Shown one piece after another: positions 38,018 to 52,614 of a stretch of 64,000 nucleotides of DNA (positions are counted from its first letter, which is position 1; each line of letters starts with the position of its first letter). The stretch comes from Octopus vulgaris. Taxonomy: Eukaryota. The notes under the pieces are model-generated. The model saw only the letters and a list, made by a program, of their open reading frames with translations, did not search any database and was not told the DNA's origin. Made by a program: the position numbers and the translations under genes. Location: contig OX597819.1 in assembly GCA_951406725.2 (NCBI GenBank), positions 90,272,001 through 90,336,000 of the forward strand. Direction: 5' to 3'.

Positions 38018-38346
38018 ATGTGGCTCAGTGGTTAGAGCGTCGAGCTTACGATCGTGAGGTTGTGAGCTTGAATCCCGGACCGGGCTGCGTGTTGTGTTCT
38101 TGAGCAAGACACTTTATTTCACGTTGCTCCAGTTCACTCAGCTGTAGAAATGAGTTGCGACGTCACAGGTGCCAAGCTGTATCGGCCCTTGCCTTTCCCT
38201 TGGACAACATCGGTGATGTGGAGAGGGGAGGCCGGTATGCATGGGCGACTGCTGGTCTTCCATAAAACAACCTTGCCCAGACTTGTGCCTCAGAGGGTAA
38301 CTCTCTAGGTGCAAACCCATGGTCAGTGTCTGACCGAAGGGGGTCA
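38018..38346 (+). mobile_element. Family B SINE, young (CpG-rich)
   Basis: TGGCTCAGTGGTTAGAGCGTCG...GAATCCCGGACC; the first ~16 nt are duplicated at 37999-38015. Confidence 0.88.
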
Positions 38347-39539
38347 CCATGTATCTGTATATGCTACTGTCTCCTTTCCTTGACATCTCATGATAGTTGT
38401 AAATGAGTGTCATCATGCATGCAATGTCCTTCATTTCCAATCTTCCATGAAAACATGACTGGATTAGGGTAATCATTATCTTACTTGGAAACAGATTAGA
38501 GTTGGCAACAGGAAGGGCATCCAACCATAGAAAATTTATCTCACCAAATTCTATCCAACCCATGCAAGAATAGAAAAGAGAACATTAAATTATGATGATG
38601 TATCCTTGCACCAGACAGAAGTCAAATCCATTTTTATTGTTTTCTTATATAATAAACAATGATTCATTAATCCAGAAGCTTAATTGATCAGTTTTATCCA
38701 CATTCTTATATTATAAGAAATACCATTTGTTTTAACTTATATGTACACACACACATACACAATGAACATCTTTAAGTTTCTGTCTACCAAACACATTCAC
38801 AAGGCTTTGATCAGCCTGGGGCTATAGTAGAAGACATTTGCCCATGGTGTTACACACTGGAACTGAACCTGAAACTACATGGTTAGGAAGAAGAAGTAAG
38901 CTTCTTAACAACATACCCACATCAGCACCTATGTTATTTAATCAATAAGTACAAATGAGCAACTTTTTATCAGTCTCATATTAGTTGTGAATCTGAGACA
39001 TTTCTGGAATCTTTAATTAACCCAACTACTCTAACACAACTGTACTACTACAACCACTACCAACACCAACACCATCTCTTCTACTACTGATTAGGAGGGA
39101 ACTCCACATGTGAAACATGTTAAGTCTAAACTTCTTTGATGTCGTATTTATTAGACTCTGCTTATATCTTTATATATTGATTATTACATAATTGTTAATT
39201 ACAAACAGCATAAAGAGGAAGAAAATAATGTTCATCCCTCCTATTAATAAATTATTCTTATTTTCATTAATAATAATAAAAATAAAAGCAAACCATCATT
39301 TAACTGTATATCTCCCTTCAGCTTCATCATCCTTAGTTATAGACTTATCAGTTATGTATGAGTATGTATGTCCTTGCATGCATGCACATAGACACACATA
39401 TGTGAATATATATTGTTTAAATGGAATGCGTTTCCAATAATGGTGAAACAGTTAACTTAATACTCTAATAATATATATTTACTCAGCATAATTTATTGAG
39501 GACTCTTCTTTGAGCATTATACCATGTCATTCATAATAA

Positions 39540-39720
39540 CAATTTCAGAAGCTTTACATATATAACCATATGACTACAAACATGCTGTTTGTGAAATTTT
39601 TCATTCTCTGGACTTTTATGTTTTTCTTTCTGATGAAGAGCTATGCTCAAAATGTTAAAAACCTACTCTTCATTCTACTTTTCCAAAGCATTAAACTAAT
39701 ACATTCCATCCTCTTGTTGT
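39540..39720 (+). mobile_element. PLE 3' remnant with degenerate HHR
   Basis: ISEALHI (GIY-YIG end) at ~39542-39562. CTGATGA-A-GAGC-TAT-GCTC-AAAATGTTA (39630-39657) equals GAAACGTTA after two CpG transitions. Confidence 0.6.
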
Positions 39721-39784
39721 TTTGTTTTTAGCTGTTTTTAATGTTCAATTGTTTGTTCAAGTTTTAATATTCAATTTGACTATA

Positions 39785-41330
39785 TCATCATCATCAGCAT
39801 CATCAGCATCGTTTAACATCTGCTTTCCATGCTAGCATGGGTTGGATGGTTTAACTGAGGACTGGCAAGCCAGGAGGATGCACCAGGCTCCAATCTGTTC
39901 TACCGCTAGATGCCCTTCCTAACACCAACATCTCCAAGAGTGTAGTGGGTGCTTTTCATGTGCTATCAGCACAGGAGCCAGTCAGGCAGCACTAGCATCA
40001 ACCACGCTTGAATGGTGCTTTTTATGTGTTACCAGCACAACAGCCGGTCAGGTAGCACTGGCATCAGCTATGCTCAATTGATGCTTTTCTGTGCCAGCCA
40101 GGCAGCACTAGCATCGTCCACAACTAGGATTTCACTTGACTCAACAGGTCTTCTCAAGCACAGCATATTGCACGACAATTGAAGGGTACTTTTAAACAGG
40201 CCAGTTATGCAACACTGGCATCAGCCATGGCTACGCTCCCACTTGGCTTGCCAGGTTTTCTCAAGCACAGCATATCTCCAAAGGTCTTGGTCACTTGTCA
40301 TTACCTCAGTGAGGCCCAACATTCAAAGGTCATGCTTCACCACCTCATCCCATGTCTTCCTGGATCCTACCTTTTCCACAGGTTCCTTCCACTGTTAGGG
40401 TGTAATACTTCTTCAAACAGCTGTCCTCATTCATACGCAGCACATGACCATACCAATGCACTTGTCTCTCTTGCACTCCACATCTGATGCTTCTTATCTC
40501 CAACTTCCCTTTCAGGGTGCTTACACTCTGTTGTGTATGCACACTGACATTACACATCCAGCAGAGCACACTAGTTTCCTTTCTTTCAAGCCTACACATG
40601 TCCTCAGCAGTCACAGACCTTGTTTCACTGCCATGTGGCATGGCTGTTTATACACATGCATCATACAGTCTACCTTTTACGCTGAGTGAGAGGCCTTTTC
40701 TTACCAACAATAATTATTATTGTAGAAGCTACGCTCTCAGAGCATCCACACCAGCTACTGACTTACTCACCTAGGTAACAGAAGTTATCAACTACTTCTA
40801 TTTTTCCCCCAGGCATGTAATAGAATCTGTTTTCTGTACATCTTCAGTGTTTATTGCCCCTGTGCATCTGCCAAACACAAAAACTATCTTCCTGGTTAAC
40901 CTTCCTTTGATATTGCTGCACCTCTTGTGTGTCCATAGTTATGTTTCCGAGTACATCTTTTTCTACAGATTGATCAGGGCCATCTACCTGAAGGGATCTG
41001 TGATTTGTCTTCCTTTCTACTTACTAAGACTTTGGTTTTTGCTAGATTGACTCTAAGGCTGTTCTATTCTAGATCTTGCTTCCACACCTGAAACATCTTC
41101 TCTAGATCTGGTAGTAACTCGGCTATTAGAGCAAGGTCATCAGCATAGAGGAGCTCACAGGAGCAGTTTGTCTTGAATTCATCTGTTATTGTCTGGAGGA
41201 CTATGATGAACAAGAGGGGGCTGAGGACTGATCCTTAGTGAACCACTACTATCTGGAATGCTTCACTATACTCATTGCCAACCCTCACCTTACTGGCAGC
41301 ATCCCTGCACATGGCTTGTACATCAGATCT
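39785..41330 (-). mobile_element. 5'-truncated RTE LINE (RT with YADD, PHD-like finger, C-terminus, 3' UTR)
   Basis: GSVLSPLLFIIVLQ...LLYADDL (TATGCTGATGAC at 41136-41147); HKRCSNIKGRLT..IVFVFGRC; RQVHWYGHVLRMNEDSC; (GAT)n tail. Confidence 0.9.
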
Positions 41331-42707
41331 ACTTTTTATTGATAGTTGCAATGGTTGAGTTTCTGGTAAAAGATAGGTTGATAACTTGAGGTCTCTTTTT
41401 TCCACTTGAAAGGAAATATGCAAATCATTTCCAAATTATGGTTCTAATCAGTTTAAGTAAAAATTATATTATGAAAAAAATTGAACAACATTCCAACAAA
41501 ACTATAAACCTTTTAATTTAACATTATCAGACAACATACTAACAAAACTGGAGACTTTTCATCTAACATTGTTAATATTGAATTATAACTTTGTGAATAG
41601 AATTCTACAATTTTATTAAAAACATTTTCTTGGAGAATTTGACTTGGTAAAGATCTCAATATGCACTTTGAAAATGAAATATGTAAGTGGAACAGTAAAA
41701 ATATGCAAGACTATTTAAAAAGTGTTGTGTGAATTCCAGTGTTGGAATGATGTTTCTTTGTTATAAGTCTGCTCTGTCTTTAAAGGAAGAATTCACAGAA
41801 TAACTAGAGAAAGATACCATATACACATAGTTTATATATATATATATATATATATGTAATTATGTTTGTATGCATGCATACATAAATATAAACAAATATA
41901 TTACTTTTATAACCCAAATTCCCTTCTTTCTCTGCCTTTTATTTTGTTTTATTCGCAGAAATCAGTGATATTGTACTGTTACAAATACTCCATTCCTAAT
42001 GTTCTCTTAGCATCAATATTAGTGTTGCTTTCTTATGAGTACAATACTGTCTTTCATTTGCTATCAATCTAAAATGAAGTAATCAAAATGGATTTGGTCT
42101 GCAAACACTGAGTAATTTGTCACTAATATCTTAAATGCTTTTGTCAGAGCAAGGAAATTGAAAGTACTTGAGGGCAATAATTTATTTCTAATTTTCGTTC
42201 ATTGAAAATTTTCTCCAAATTATGTTTGTGAGATTTCTTAATTTGGACCATTTTCTTTCATTTTGTTTTTGAGATTTTAGTAATAGATGATTTTTATATT
42301 TTTGATTTTTGGTTTATCTTTTTTCATCTTCCATTTGTTTTTACTGTTTATTTTTTATCATTCTGAGGAAACTTCATATCATATTCAAATTAAGAGAGTT
42401 AAATTATACTTTAGAATAATTGCAATTTGACTTTCAGAAAATATCTTAGAGTGGATATGTTTTGTTTGTTTTTAAATTTATTATTATAATAGTTTTATCA
42501 AAGCAGAGAGAATATAATGTGCTATATTTCTTTTAGCCAAATGTTATAAAAAAGGTCTGCATGCATACACTACATACATATATGATGGGCTTTTTTCAAT
42601 TACTGTCTACCAAATTCTCTCACAAGGCTTTGTTTATTTAAAACTCTTCAAACTCTGTATGGCACTGTCCCATGATTGAAAGAAAAAAAAAGATTAACAT
42701 ACATGTG

Positions 42708-42744
<37 letters not shown>

Positions 42745-43494
42745 AATAGGGGAGAGCTAGATATGCTCAGTATAGAAAACACATAATAGTGCTCAAATGA
42801 TTTTGGTCTTTAGCTCTGAATTCTTCATCCAGGACTTGGTCCATGGCATCAAAAGGGGCTATAAAAGAGATCCAAGATAAGCTGATATGGAAATACAATG
42901 CAGGTAAACACAATTAGGCTTGACACATATAAATATACATGTGCACACACACATACACACACACATACACACACATATTCAGAAAGATAAACACATACAT
43001 ACATATAAAGAAGGCACTAGAGATCGATATTGATTAAGAAAATAAAAGTCCAGATGTAAATTATTTCAAGTGTAGAATACTCAATGAATGGTGAAGTCAT
43101 ATAAAATATAAATACTGAAAAGAATTGGAATGTTGTCTCTAAAATCATTAAAATAATGTACAGACTTTAAAATTACAGAAAAATTAGCTGTCACATTGAT
43201 TATAAAATGTGATCAGAAATAAATATATTTTAAGGACTTTGAAACCTAATTTTTGATATTTAGATATTTTTTGATACTTTTGATTAAAAAGAAAATATGG
43301 GTTTTCATTTTGGAACCTACATTGCTCATAGAAATAGGTATAAACAGATCTATGGTAAGTTTAACAATGCATTTCAAACCATACTTCATACAAATTCCTT
43401 GCTTACAAGTATTCTTGCTTCATTATTTACCAGTTAAAGACAGAGATGAAACATCCTGAATTTCTCGTAATTTTTCCTGTATCATCTTAATTAA

Positions 43495-43960
43495 TAACCC
43501 TTTCTACTGAAGGCACAAAGCTTGAAATTTTGCAGTGGGGAGGAGGGTTAAGTCAATTACATCAAGCCCAGTGTTTCAGTGGTACATAATATATCAACTC
43601 CAAAAGGATGAAAGGCAGAGTCGACCTCGGCAGAATGAACATAACAGCAGACAAAATACCACTAAGCATTTTGCCCGGCATGCTAACGATTCTGCCAGCT
43701 TGCCACCTTACCTTAATAATATATGTATATTCAACCCATAATATATGTATATTTGCCAGAAGGCGGCAAGCTGGTAGAATTGTTAGCACACCGGGCGAAA
43801 TGCTTAATGGTATTTTGTCTACTGCTACATTCTGAGTTCAAATTCCACCAAAGTTAACTTTGCCTTTCATCCTTTTGGGGGTCGATGTAATCAACTTAAT
43901 CCATTTGTCTGTCCTTGTTTGTCCCCTCTATGTTTAGCCCCTTGTGGACAATAAAGAATT
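43495..43960. mobile_element. Two family C (Meta-like) SINEs, head-to-head
   Basis: Minus copy ~43495-43709, plus copy ~43760-43960. AATATATGTATATTCAACCCA is duplicated at 43718-43738 and 43962-43982. Confidence 0.8.
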
Positions 43961-46565
43961 AAATATATGTATATTCAACCCAGTAGTTCCTTCATATTGA
44001 TAACCTTCTTTTAGGATTCACTTATATGTACCTCCTTGTAACTTGAAATTATGCTTTGACACATCTTCTTCACCACCTTCTCTCTCTCTATCTATCTCTA
44101 TCTCTCTCTCTCCTTTTCTAATTGGGGTCACCATGTATCTCCTCTACTGCAAGGCACCTATTTCTGTCCCTCTATGATACCCTAGCTGCTCATCACCTGG
44201 CACAAAGCTTCCTCCTTCAATATTACTACCCATGCCCATTCATTTGAGGGCTCTTGTTCCCTAGATCAACCTTGATTGAGCAGATTTAGGATGAAAAGCA
44301 TTCCTAGCTATGACCATCCCATCTTTTCAAAACTATGTCTTGGACTGCATTACCTAAAGTGTACTGCCATTTCCCGAATCAGTGAGATTTAAGGGATATT
44401 TTACTGCTATTTCCTTAATAGGTTAATTGTCCCATATTGGTGTTAATGGTGATCTTACTACTGTTGATGTTGCAACTTGTTTCATTTCTTAAACTAAACA
44501 TTATTTAAATTCCAGTAGATATCAGTTTACATCTGAGAGAGCTTCTCTCCTAATTTCTCCCTGGCTGCATCTTGCCTCTCTTTTTCATTAATGCCAGAAA
44601 CATAGAGATCGTGCTTTTGGGTATGCCTTCAATCTCAGGCTGTAGTGTACACACACATGCATGTGCACACACATGCATGTGCACACACACACACACACAC
44701 ACTCTCTCTATGAATGAGCACCACTTTGCCATGGCAAGTGTCCTCTTCAAATGCAATTCCCAGGTATTGCTGTGTAGATAAGAATCTTGCTTTGCAACTA
44801 CATGATCTCCGGTTAAGTGCTACTGTATGGCACCTTGGGCAAGTGTCTTCTACTATATAGCCCTAGGCTAAACAATACCTTGTGAGTAAATTTGGTAGAT
44901 AAAAAGCATCCAGTCCGACTGTTAAGTGATTGGCATTTGGAAGGGCATTCAGCTGTAAAAACCATTCCAAAACTGATCTCACTTGTGCTCATGCCATGGA
45001 AAAAGCACTCAGTCCACTCTGCTGGGTGTTTGGTGCTGGGGCACTGCTACGAAGAACTTTTTATTTTTTTATAAGCCTGCTACTTATTCTATCATTTTTT
45101 TTTTGCCAATTGTCTAAGTTACAGGGTTGTAAACACACCAACACCAGTTGTCAAGCAATGGTGGGGGACAAACATGGACATAAAGGAACACACACACACA
45201 TACACATATATTCAGTGGGCTGCTTTCTGTCTACCAAATCCACTTACAAGGCTTTGGTCAGCCCAAGTTTATAGTAGAAGACACTTGCCCAAGGTGCTTA
45301 TGCTGTGGAACTGAACCCAAAACCATGTGGTTAGGAAGTAACCTTCTTACCTCACAGCCACGCCTGGTCTCTGATACTGAACAGCTAGGTTACAGAGATA
45401 TAAACAAACACACACAAACACACTTTATATACATTTGTGTGTGTGCGTGTGTGTTTGTTTGTTTGTTTAAGGTCCTGTGACTTAACATCAGAGAACAACA
45501 AAATATATACCTAACTTAAATATTAAGTATCGAGCTAGATTTTTTTTATGAAAAATCATTTTAAGGTGGTGCTCCAGCATGGCTGTAATCCAATGACTAA
45601 AACAAGTAAAAGATAAAAGCTAATCCTAACATTAGGTACCAAACTAAATAAAGGTAGTTATACATTCCTTCTGTCACCAACTCAACTATTTGGTATGTAT
45701 TATGTCATGAGACTTAATAGTGCATTTGTAATTAAACAGTAATGTCTAAAAATAAACTGAACTTTACTGAAGAACTTTTCCAAAGTTTTGACAACATTAT
45801 GGTAATTACTAAACTAGAAATGATTCTCATTATATATTTTTGTTATATATTACTTCTTGTTATAAATTACTTTTTTGTTTTAAATTTTAGATCAGAATAT
45901 TCAACTATGCTAAAAATGTAATAGCTCTAGCTATAAAGATATTTAATTTCTTTTAAAATACTCAGTAATTCTAACAGATTTGCTTTTATCATATTCTAAT
46001 TTCTTTCCTTTGCTTTTTTTTCTTGGTGGAAAATTTGAACATTTGCATATTATCACAAAATGGTAAGCAAAGGAAACTGATAGAGCATTGTGGATATTTT
46101 AAATGGTATCAAGCATGATATTGATGTGTCTTGGTATATGTCATTGTTTGATAGGATAGTTTCTCAACAAATCAACCAAATCAAAAAGTGGCTTACCTAA
46201 TTTAAATTATATGTTGGAAACCTGTCAGCTATCATCATCATCATCATCATCATCATATACAAACCATGATCTGTTCATTTCAATCTAAAGGTTATAATGT
46301 TTCCCCACCACCACCACCACCACCATCTCATTACACTAGTTAAATTTCAGCCTCCTTATTGGCAGAACCATTTAAGTTAAGATCGATATTCCAGCTCTTT
46401 GGATAAATAAATAACCCACATCAAACAGCAGAGAAAAGCAAAAGTAATAGCTACTTCTTTATTCTTTTTTTTTTTTTTTAATGGGCTTGGCACTTTAGCA
46501 AAGATGTCTTTTAATGTACTTTCATTCTTTATGCATTTTTATTCTGAACTAATGTCTTCCCAATA

Positions 46566-46621
<56 letters not shown>

Positions 46622-47203
46622 TATATGTGTGTATGTGTTTGTGTGTGTGTTAAATGTCTGCACGAGATTATGTGCACACAAACACTCACACACACATACA
46701 CACACACACACACACATGTGCATTTGAAAGGCCACATACAAATTTACAAATCAGTACAATTCTGAATATGCATTTGACTGTTTATATATCTGTCTGTCCA
46801 TTCATGTATGTATGTGTGTGTGTCTAGTGTATTCATATATGTAGTTGTATATCTGTATTCATAAAAATGTATCAGAGGCACATGTATCATATGTGTATGT
46901 GTATAATTATATATGTATTTAATGTTTAGTAGAGGATATTATATCTATATACATACATACATACGTACGTACACATACACATGCATGAGGATATATTTAG
47001 GTTTATAAATATGGAAAGAATCTCAGAAGACCGCCTATTTAATTAATTATTCTTAAAGTATTAGATTGGGTTTTTTTTGTTGTTGCTTTTTTATTTAAGG
47101 GATGAATAATAACACATTCAGTTCAGTTGATCCTTGTTTTGTCATGAAATATTAGATCAACATTTGCAAAATACAAACTAAGTCCAAATTAGATAGTATA
47201 AAG

Positions 47204-47554
47204 CGGTGGGGTTTCAACCATTTTTTTATCTGTGGACATTTTTGATTATTATTTTATTCTGGTGGACCCCCATAGCCATTCAATATTTTAAAACTAGTTT
47301 CACAGATACTTCTTTCAAAATTCCTATTTTATTTTTCACACATTAACTTGTGTAAGTTGAACTATGTAAAATGTTAGAGAAGGAAACCAAGCTGTTTCTT
47401 GCAATACTTACCAAAACATACATCTAAAGCAAAATTTTTTCAGGGGCCCTTAAAGTACTGTTGTGGATCCCCAATTTACTATTTCGTTGCATGGACCCCC
47501 AAAAATCTTATATGAACCTTCAGGGGCCATATGAGCCCTGGTTGAGAATCACTG
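47204..47554. mobile_element. hAT-type MITE
   Basis: TIRs similar to CAGTGGTTCTCAACC (CGGTGGGGTTTCAACC / GGTTGAGAATCACTG); 8-bp flanks GTATAAAG / GTTTTAAG. Confidence 0.75.
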
Positions 47555-48624
47555 GTTTTAAGCAATTTTTTCTACTAGTCTTCCACAGTACTTTGGCAAT
47601 ACTTATGCATGCTTTGCAAGATTATCTCAATTTATAACCATGTCCTATAATAGAATAAGAACATTAATAAAATTTCAAAAATTAACCTACTAAAAGTTTA
47701 ACTATTAATGCTACCACAACTTAAATTATACTATTTAACCATTGCTATTGTTAAGATGTTGAAACATTGTAATGCACCAAGTATGTGTGGAAGATTACAT
47801 CTGTCAATTTTGTGACTCTGATTATTTACAGCTTTGATTTTAACTTAGATTTTAACTTTGATTATAACTTAGGTTCATTCATCCTCATTATCATCATCAT
47901 TTAACGTCCGCCTTCCATGCTGGTATGGGTGGGATGGTTTGACAAGAACCTGCCAGGTAGAAGCCTGCACCAGACTTCTGTAACTGTTTTGGCAGGATTT
48001 TTACAGCTAGATGCCCTTCCTAACACTAACCACTCAGCAGAGTGAACTTAATGCTTTTTAGTTGGCACCTGCACCTGCAGACAGGGTCACTAAGTACTTG
48101 CAAGATAAAGAGAAAAAAGCTCTTTCGAGGGGCAAGAGAGCATTGGAGGAGGTGATCTTGTGTCAGATGATGAAAAGTTATAGTGAGGCAGAGAGATGGA
48201 AACAGGGGTCTTGCTGTATAGGAGGTACAAGGTTACCCAGCTGAGGAGAGAGAGAGAGAGCAGAAATGAAGACAGAGACAGGTGCGCTGCTGCAAAGGAA
48301 ATACATGGTTACCCAACCTGAGGGAAGTGAAGGAGAAGAAGAGAGACAGACAGCAGGATAGAGATGGTGGCAAAGTGCCAGGCATATGCAATGATACAGT
48401 GAGACAGGGTGTGGGTGGAACATGCAGTTGGAAGCTAGTGGATGGCAATGATACAGTGGCAGAGGGCCAAGAGACAGGATTGAGGAGTGGGAGGTAAACC
48501 TAGTACTTGACATGGAAATGTGGGGAAGAGAAAAGATGTAGTTTGGTTTGTTGTGGTAGAGTGTGTGAGAAGTTTTTTTGTTATGTGTAGGTGAGACACT
48601 TCTAGAAATCAGTTTTGCTGATGT

Positions 48625-49015
48625 GGGCAGGCCTTCTCAAGTACTTCATATCACCAGACATCTCAGTCCAGTGTCATTTTCTCTGTGAGGCCCAACATCC
48701 TGAGATTGGACCTTACCACCTCATCCCACATCTTCCTGGGTCTCCCTCTTCTGCAGGTACCCTCTACTTTCAGTGATCGGCACTTCTTTATGCAGCTGTC
48801 CTCATTCAGACACATCTCATATCCAAACCAACTTAGTCTTCTCTCTTGCATGCTACATTTGATTCCTCTTATGCCCAACTTTTCTCTCAATACATTTGCA
48901 CTTTGTTGTACATGCACACTGACATTGCATACTCAACAGAGCATACTACCTTCCTTTCTCTCCAGTCTACACATGTCTTCTGCATTCAGAGCCCATGTCT
49001 CACTAACATGGAGTT
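48625..49015 (-). mobile_element. RTE ORF C-terminal fragment
   Basis: LREKLGIRGIKCSMQERRLSWFGY...VEGTCRRGRPRKMWDEVVRSNL. Confidence 0.85.
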
Positions 49016-49631
49016 ATATCTTTTTAACTTGTTCATATTGATCATCCCCATGCTGAGCAACAAAGTTACTTTCTTGATAACATTATTTAAATATCAGTTT
49101 CAAATTTTGGTACAAGGCCTGCAAATTTGGGGGAGTGAGTAAGTCAATTACATTGACCCCAGTACTCAGCAGGTAATTATGTTATTGACCTCAAAAGGTT
49201 GAAAGGCAAAGCAAAGTCAACCTAGGCAGAATTTGAACTCAAACCATAAAGTCAGACAAAATGTTACTAAGCATTTTGGCTCATGTGCTAACAAAATGCA
49301 CCCACCTTAACATTACTTAAATATTAGAAATATTTTATTTTCTTCAATCATTCACTTATTTCCCATTATTCTTTGGTAATTCCAACACTTTTCTTTTACT
49401 GTATCTGCATAGCTAAAGCCAAAGTACATTCTTATGAATGCTGACATTAGTTGTGGACAGGTTGAAAATAGTTTAAATCCTTAACTCCTATAACTTTGTC
49501 CACATTTATTCTAACGGTCTCACATAATTGGCACATTCTGTATCTAGCTTGTCTTGACTTTGTTCCAGCTATTGTGTTTGCTGAAGCTAAGTAATACTTT
49601 ATCATCTCAAAACACATTATTAACTCTCCTC

Positions 49632-49844
49632 TAAGGCAGCGAGCTGGCAGAATCATTAGCATACCAGGCAAAATACTTAGCAGTATTTCATCTGTCTTTA
49701 TAGTCTGAGTTCAAATTCCACTGAAGTCAACTTTGCCTTTCATCCTTTCAGGGTCTATAAATTAAGTACCAGTGAAACACTGGTGTCAGTGTAATCAACT
49801 AGTCCCTCTCCCAAAATTTCGGGCCTTGTGCCTTAGTAGCAAGG
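49632..49844 (+). mobile_element. Family C SINE with 16-bp TSD
   Basis: ATTATTAACTCTCCTC at 49616-49631 and 49845-49860; central GCCTTTCATCCTTTCAGGGTCTATAAATTAAGTACCAG. Confidence 0.9.
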
Positions 49845-50504
49845 ATTATTAACTCTCCTCATATCTCCTCACCAGTACCAATGCATAAGTTTTATCTTCT
49901 ATGTATTTAATTCTTGGTCACTTTCTCAACTGATTTATACCTTACTTTACTAGTTCACATCACCTACTCTGTACTTCTTCAAAATTTTGTGTTTTTCACC
50001 AGTTACCACAGATTCTCCATGGTTTCTTTACACTGCTGCAAGTTCAGAAATTTTTTATGGAATGAAAATATTTCTATCAGCTGTGTCAACAATGCTCATT
50101 GTCATTTCTTAATCTTTTTGTTACCATATTTCTGTTGAAATACATTTCTTTTGTTCCACTTATATTTTGAAAACAATGGAAATTTTTGTAAAAATGCTGT
50201 CATTGTCAAGCTATTGCTTGGAACATAAATCAATATGAAATTTTGATAAAAGATTTAATCTAAGTCATTTTAAAATAGGATGTTTGTATCATAGAACCAG
50301 TCTTCTGGTGAATTAGTGACAAAAGGGTTACACATATTTCTTGCTGTTAAAAACAAATGTTTTTACAGGATTTTTTTTAAATTTCTACTGAAGTCTAAAA
50401 TATTTAATAGGATTGCATAACTGTAATTTCTAATTTATTTTATTTGCAACGTCTTCATATTTTGAAGAAAAATATTTCTGACTTTCTATAAGGACAAATT
50501 TCCA

Positions 50505-50700
50505 TTAACCCTTTTGTTACCATATTTCTGTTAAAATGTAGTCATTATTTCAATTAAATTTGAAAATGTGGAAGAATGCATTAAAATAACTTTATTATTA
50601 AGCTGTTGTTTGAAACATAAATTAGCATGAAATTTTGATGGGAGGAATATCAAGACATAATAACAGATGTTATTGCTAGGATTGTAGCAAATAGGGTTGA
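50505..50700. mobile_element. piggyBac-like MITE family (TTAACCCTT...AAGGGTTAA)
   Basis: Related copies at ~8400-8780, 13089-13250, 50109-50331 and 56507-56711. Confidence 0.6.
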
Positions 50701-52388
50701 TGATGCTAGTTAATGTGACAAAAACTAGTTACACTGAATTATAGTATCTCTGGAAGTAAGATAATAAAATTCTAACCACATAATCATAAGCTACAGCTAT
50801 TGTCACACTGAGAGAACCGCAATTACCTTGCTTGCCTCTGTTTCACTGACAGTTGATACCACTCCTACACTATGGTCAAGTGAAAGCATCCCCAGGACTA
50901 TTTCCACAGTGTAAGGCCTTCTCATATCTAAATGTGTTAGATATGACTTTACACAAATATATTTTATTCATTCAACACTGCTTCATGTGACTATTTATTT
51001 AATTATTGCTTGACCAAACCCTCTGCATATCAGCATATGTACCATATTCTGTTCTAGTAAGAATGAATTTGCTCTTATCAAGCCGTGAAAAACAGATTTG
51101 ATGTTCATAGGTGATAAAGTGAAAGGACAGAAACACATGCGTCTCATGATCCAATATCATTCACAGTCCAGTATGTGCTTTCACACAGGTCTAAGAAGAG
51201 AATTTTCTCCCAGGACTATTTCCACAGTGGAAGGTTGTCTTCCAAATGCACTTGAACATATTATGTATGACCTTACTCTACTAAAATTTTTAGCATTGTC
51301 ATGTGACCATTGACTGATGCTTATTTTGTCAACACCAGAAAAATTTAAAGTAAAAACCACCTTGGTGAGATCTAAACGTAACATAAAGGGATGTAACTAA
51401 ATACCACAAGGAATTTTATCTGCCTTCTTTTATTCCACCATAAACCATCCTACAGGAGTGTGTGTAGATTCAATAGAAGGCTAAAATTGTTTTATTAATA
51501 TAGATATGTCCAAACATATGAACACTATTCCATTTGTACTACCATGAAAATAACAATGAAAAAGTGTTTCAAAATCTCTTATTTACATTTTGATTGTTAC
51601 CATATCATACTGTTTAATTAATCTCATGTTCTATCTGTCTAATGTAGTGGTGTTCTGACAGTGAAACATCTTACAGTAGACCTATACTATAATCTATACA
51701 TTATCAATCAATATTTGTGTTCGTCATCACCATCACTGGTCTAGTGTTTATTTTCCTATATTGGCAGTGTTTAGACAGGTCTGTAACAAAACATATTCCT
51801 TCCACACATCTTCTACCTTGCATTATCTATTCTTCTTCAACACTGACATCAGTTTTGTGTTTGTTGGCAATATTTAGACAGTTCTATAAAACATATCTCT
51901 TCTACATATTGTCATATTATCTGTAAAGTATAACTCCCTGCCTCACCCCATACTGTATCTTTTGTTGTTATCTATTCTATTTAGGATGCACTGCCAATGC
52001 ACTTTTATGCCATTACTATTTCTGTATTTTCTACAGTATTTATGTACATAATATTTCTTTTATCTCCTTTAACCTATTGTGTCATAGTGGTGCCACATAT
52101 GATATTTGACATCAAATAATGTTATCTTGAACTGATTGGACTACTAGAGTTCATTACTCTCCAAACTAAGCCATATGCTTGGTACTACAACAAGCCACCA
52201 ATATATAAAAATAATATAAACCCAAGAATATATTATAAAAAAAGGACACTATAATTCTTACAAAAACACTAATCAACAGAATTATAATTCTTTATCACAG
52301 AGTTTGAATTAAAACAATCAACATTCTAATTAATAGAAATATTTATATTTCTAAGTCTCTCTAAAGGAGACTATGGCAGCAGTACTGG

Positions 52389-52614
52389 ATATTGATAGTT
52401 ATCGCCAAGCTAACATGGCAGTCCAGAAAAATAGGATAAATGCTGCCGTTGATTAGCTCCAAGAGGCCATCGCCTCTAGCTAGCTATGTGATACATGAAC
52501 CTGTGTCAATTATAACATGTTCGAAGGTTATAATGGACACATGGAGCTAATCAATGGCAGCATTCGTCCTATTTTTCTGGACTGCCATGTTAGCTTGGCG
52601 ATAGCTATTAATAT
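52389..52614. mobile_element. MITE-like fold-back with ~73-bp inverted arms and an internal hairpin
   Basis: 52389-52461 vs 52542-52614 are near-perfect reverse complements; internal hairpin TGTGTCAATTATAAC / GTTATAATGGACACA. Confidence 0.85.

Noticed and set aside
38018-38080. tRNA-like sequences
   Set aside because: SINE heads that continue into repeat bodies; no complete cloverleaf.
45978-46068. ATG followed by GTAAGC as a possible first coding exon
   Set aside because: No supporting frame, homology or promoter signal; expected by chance in AT-rich DNA.
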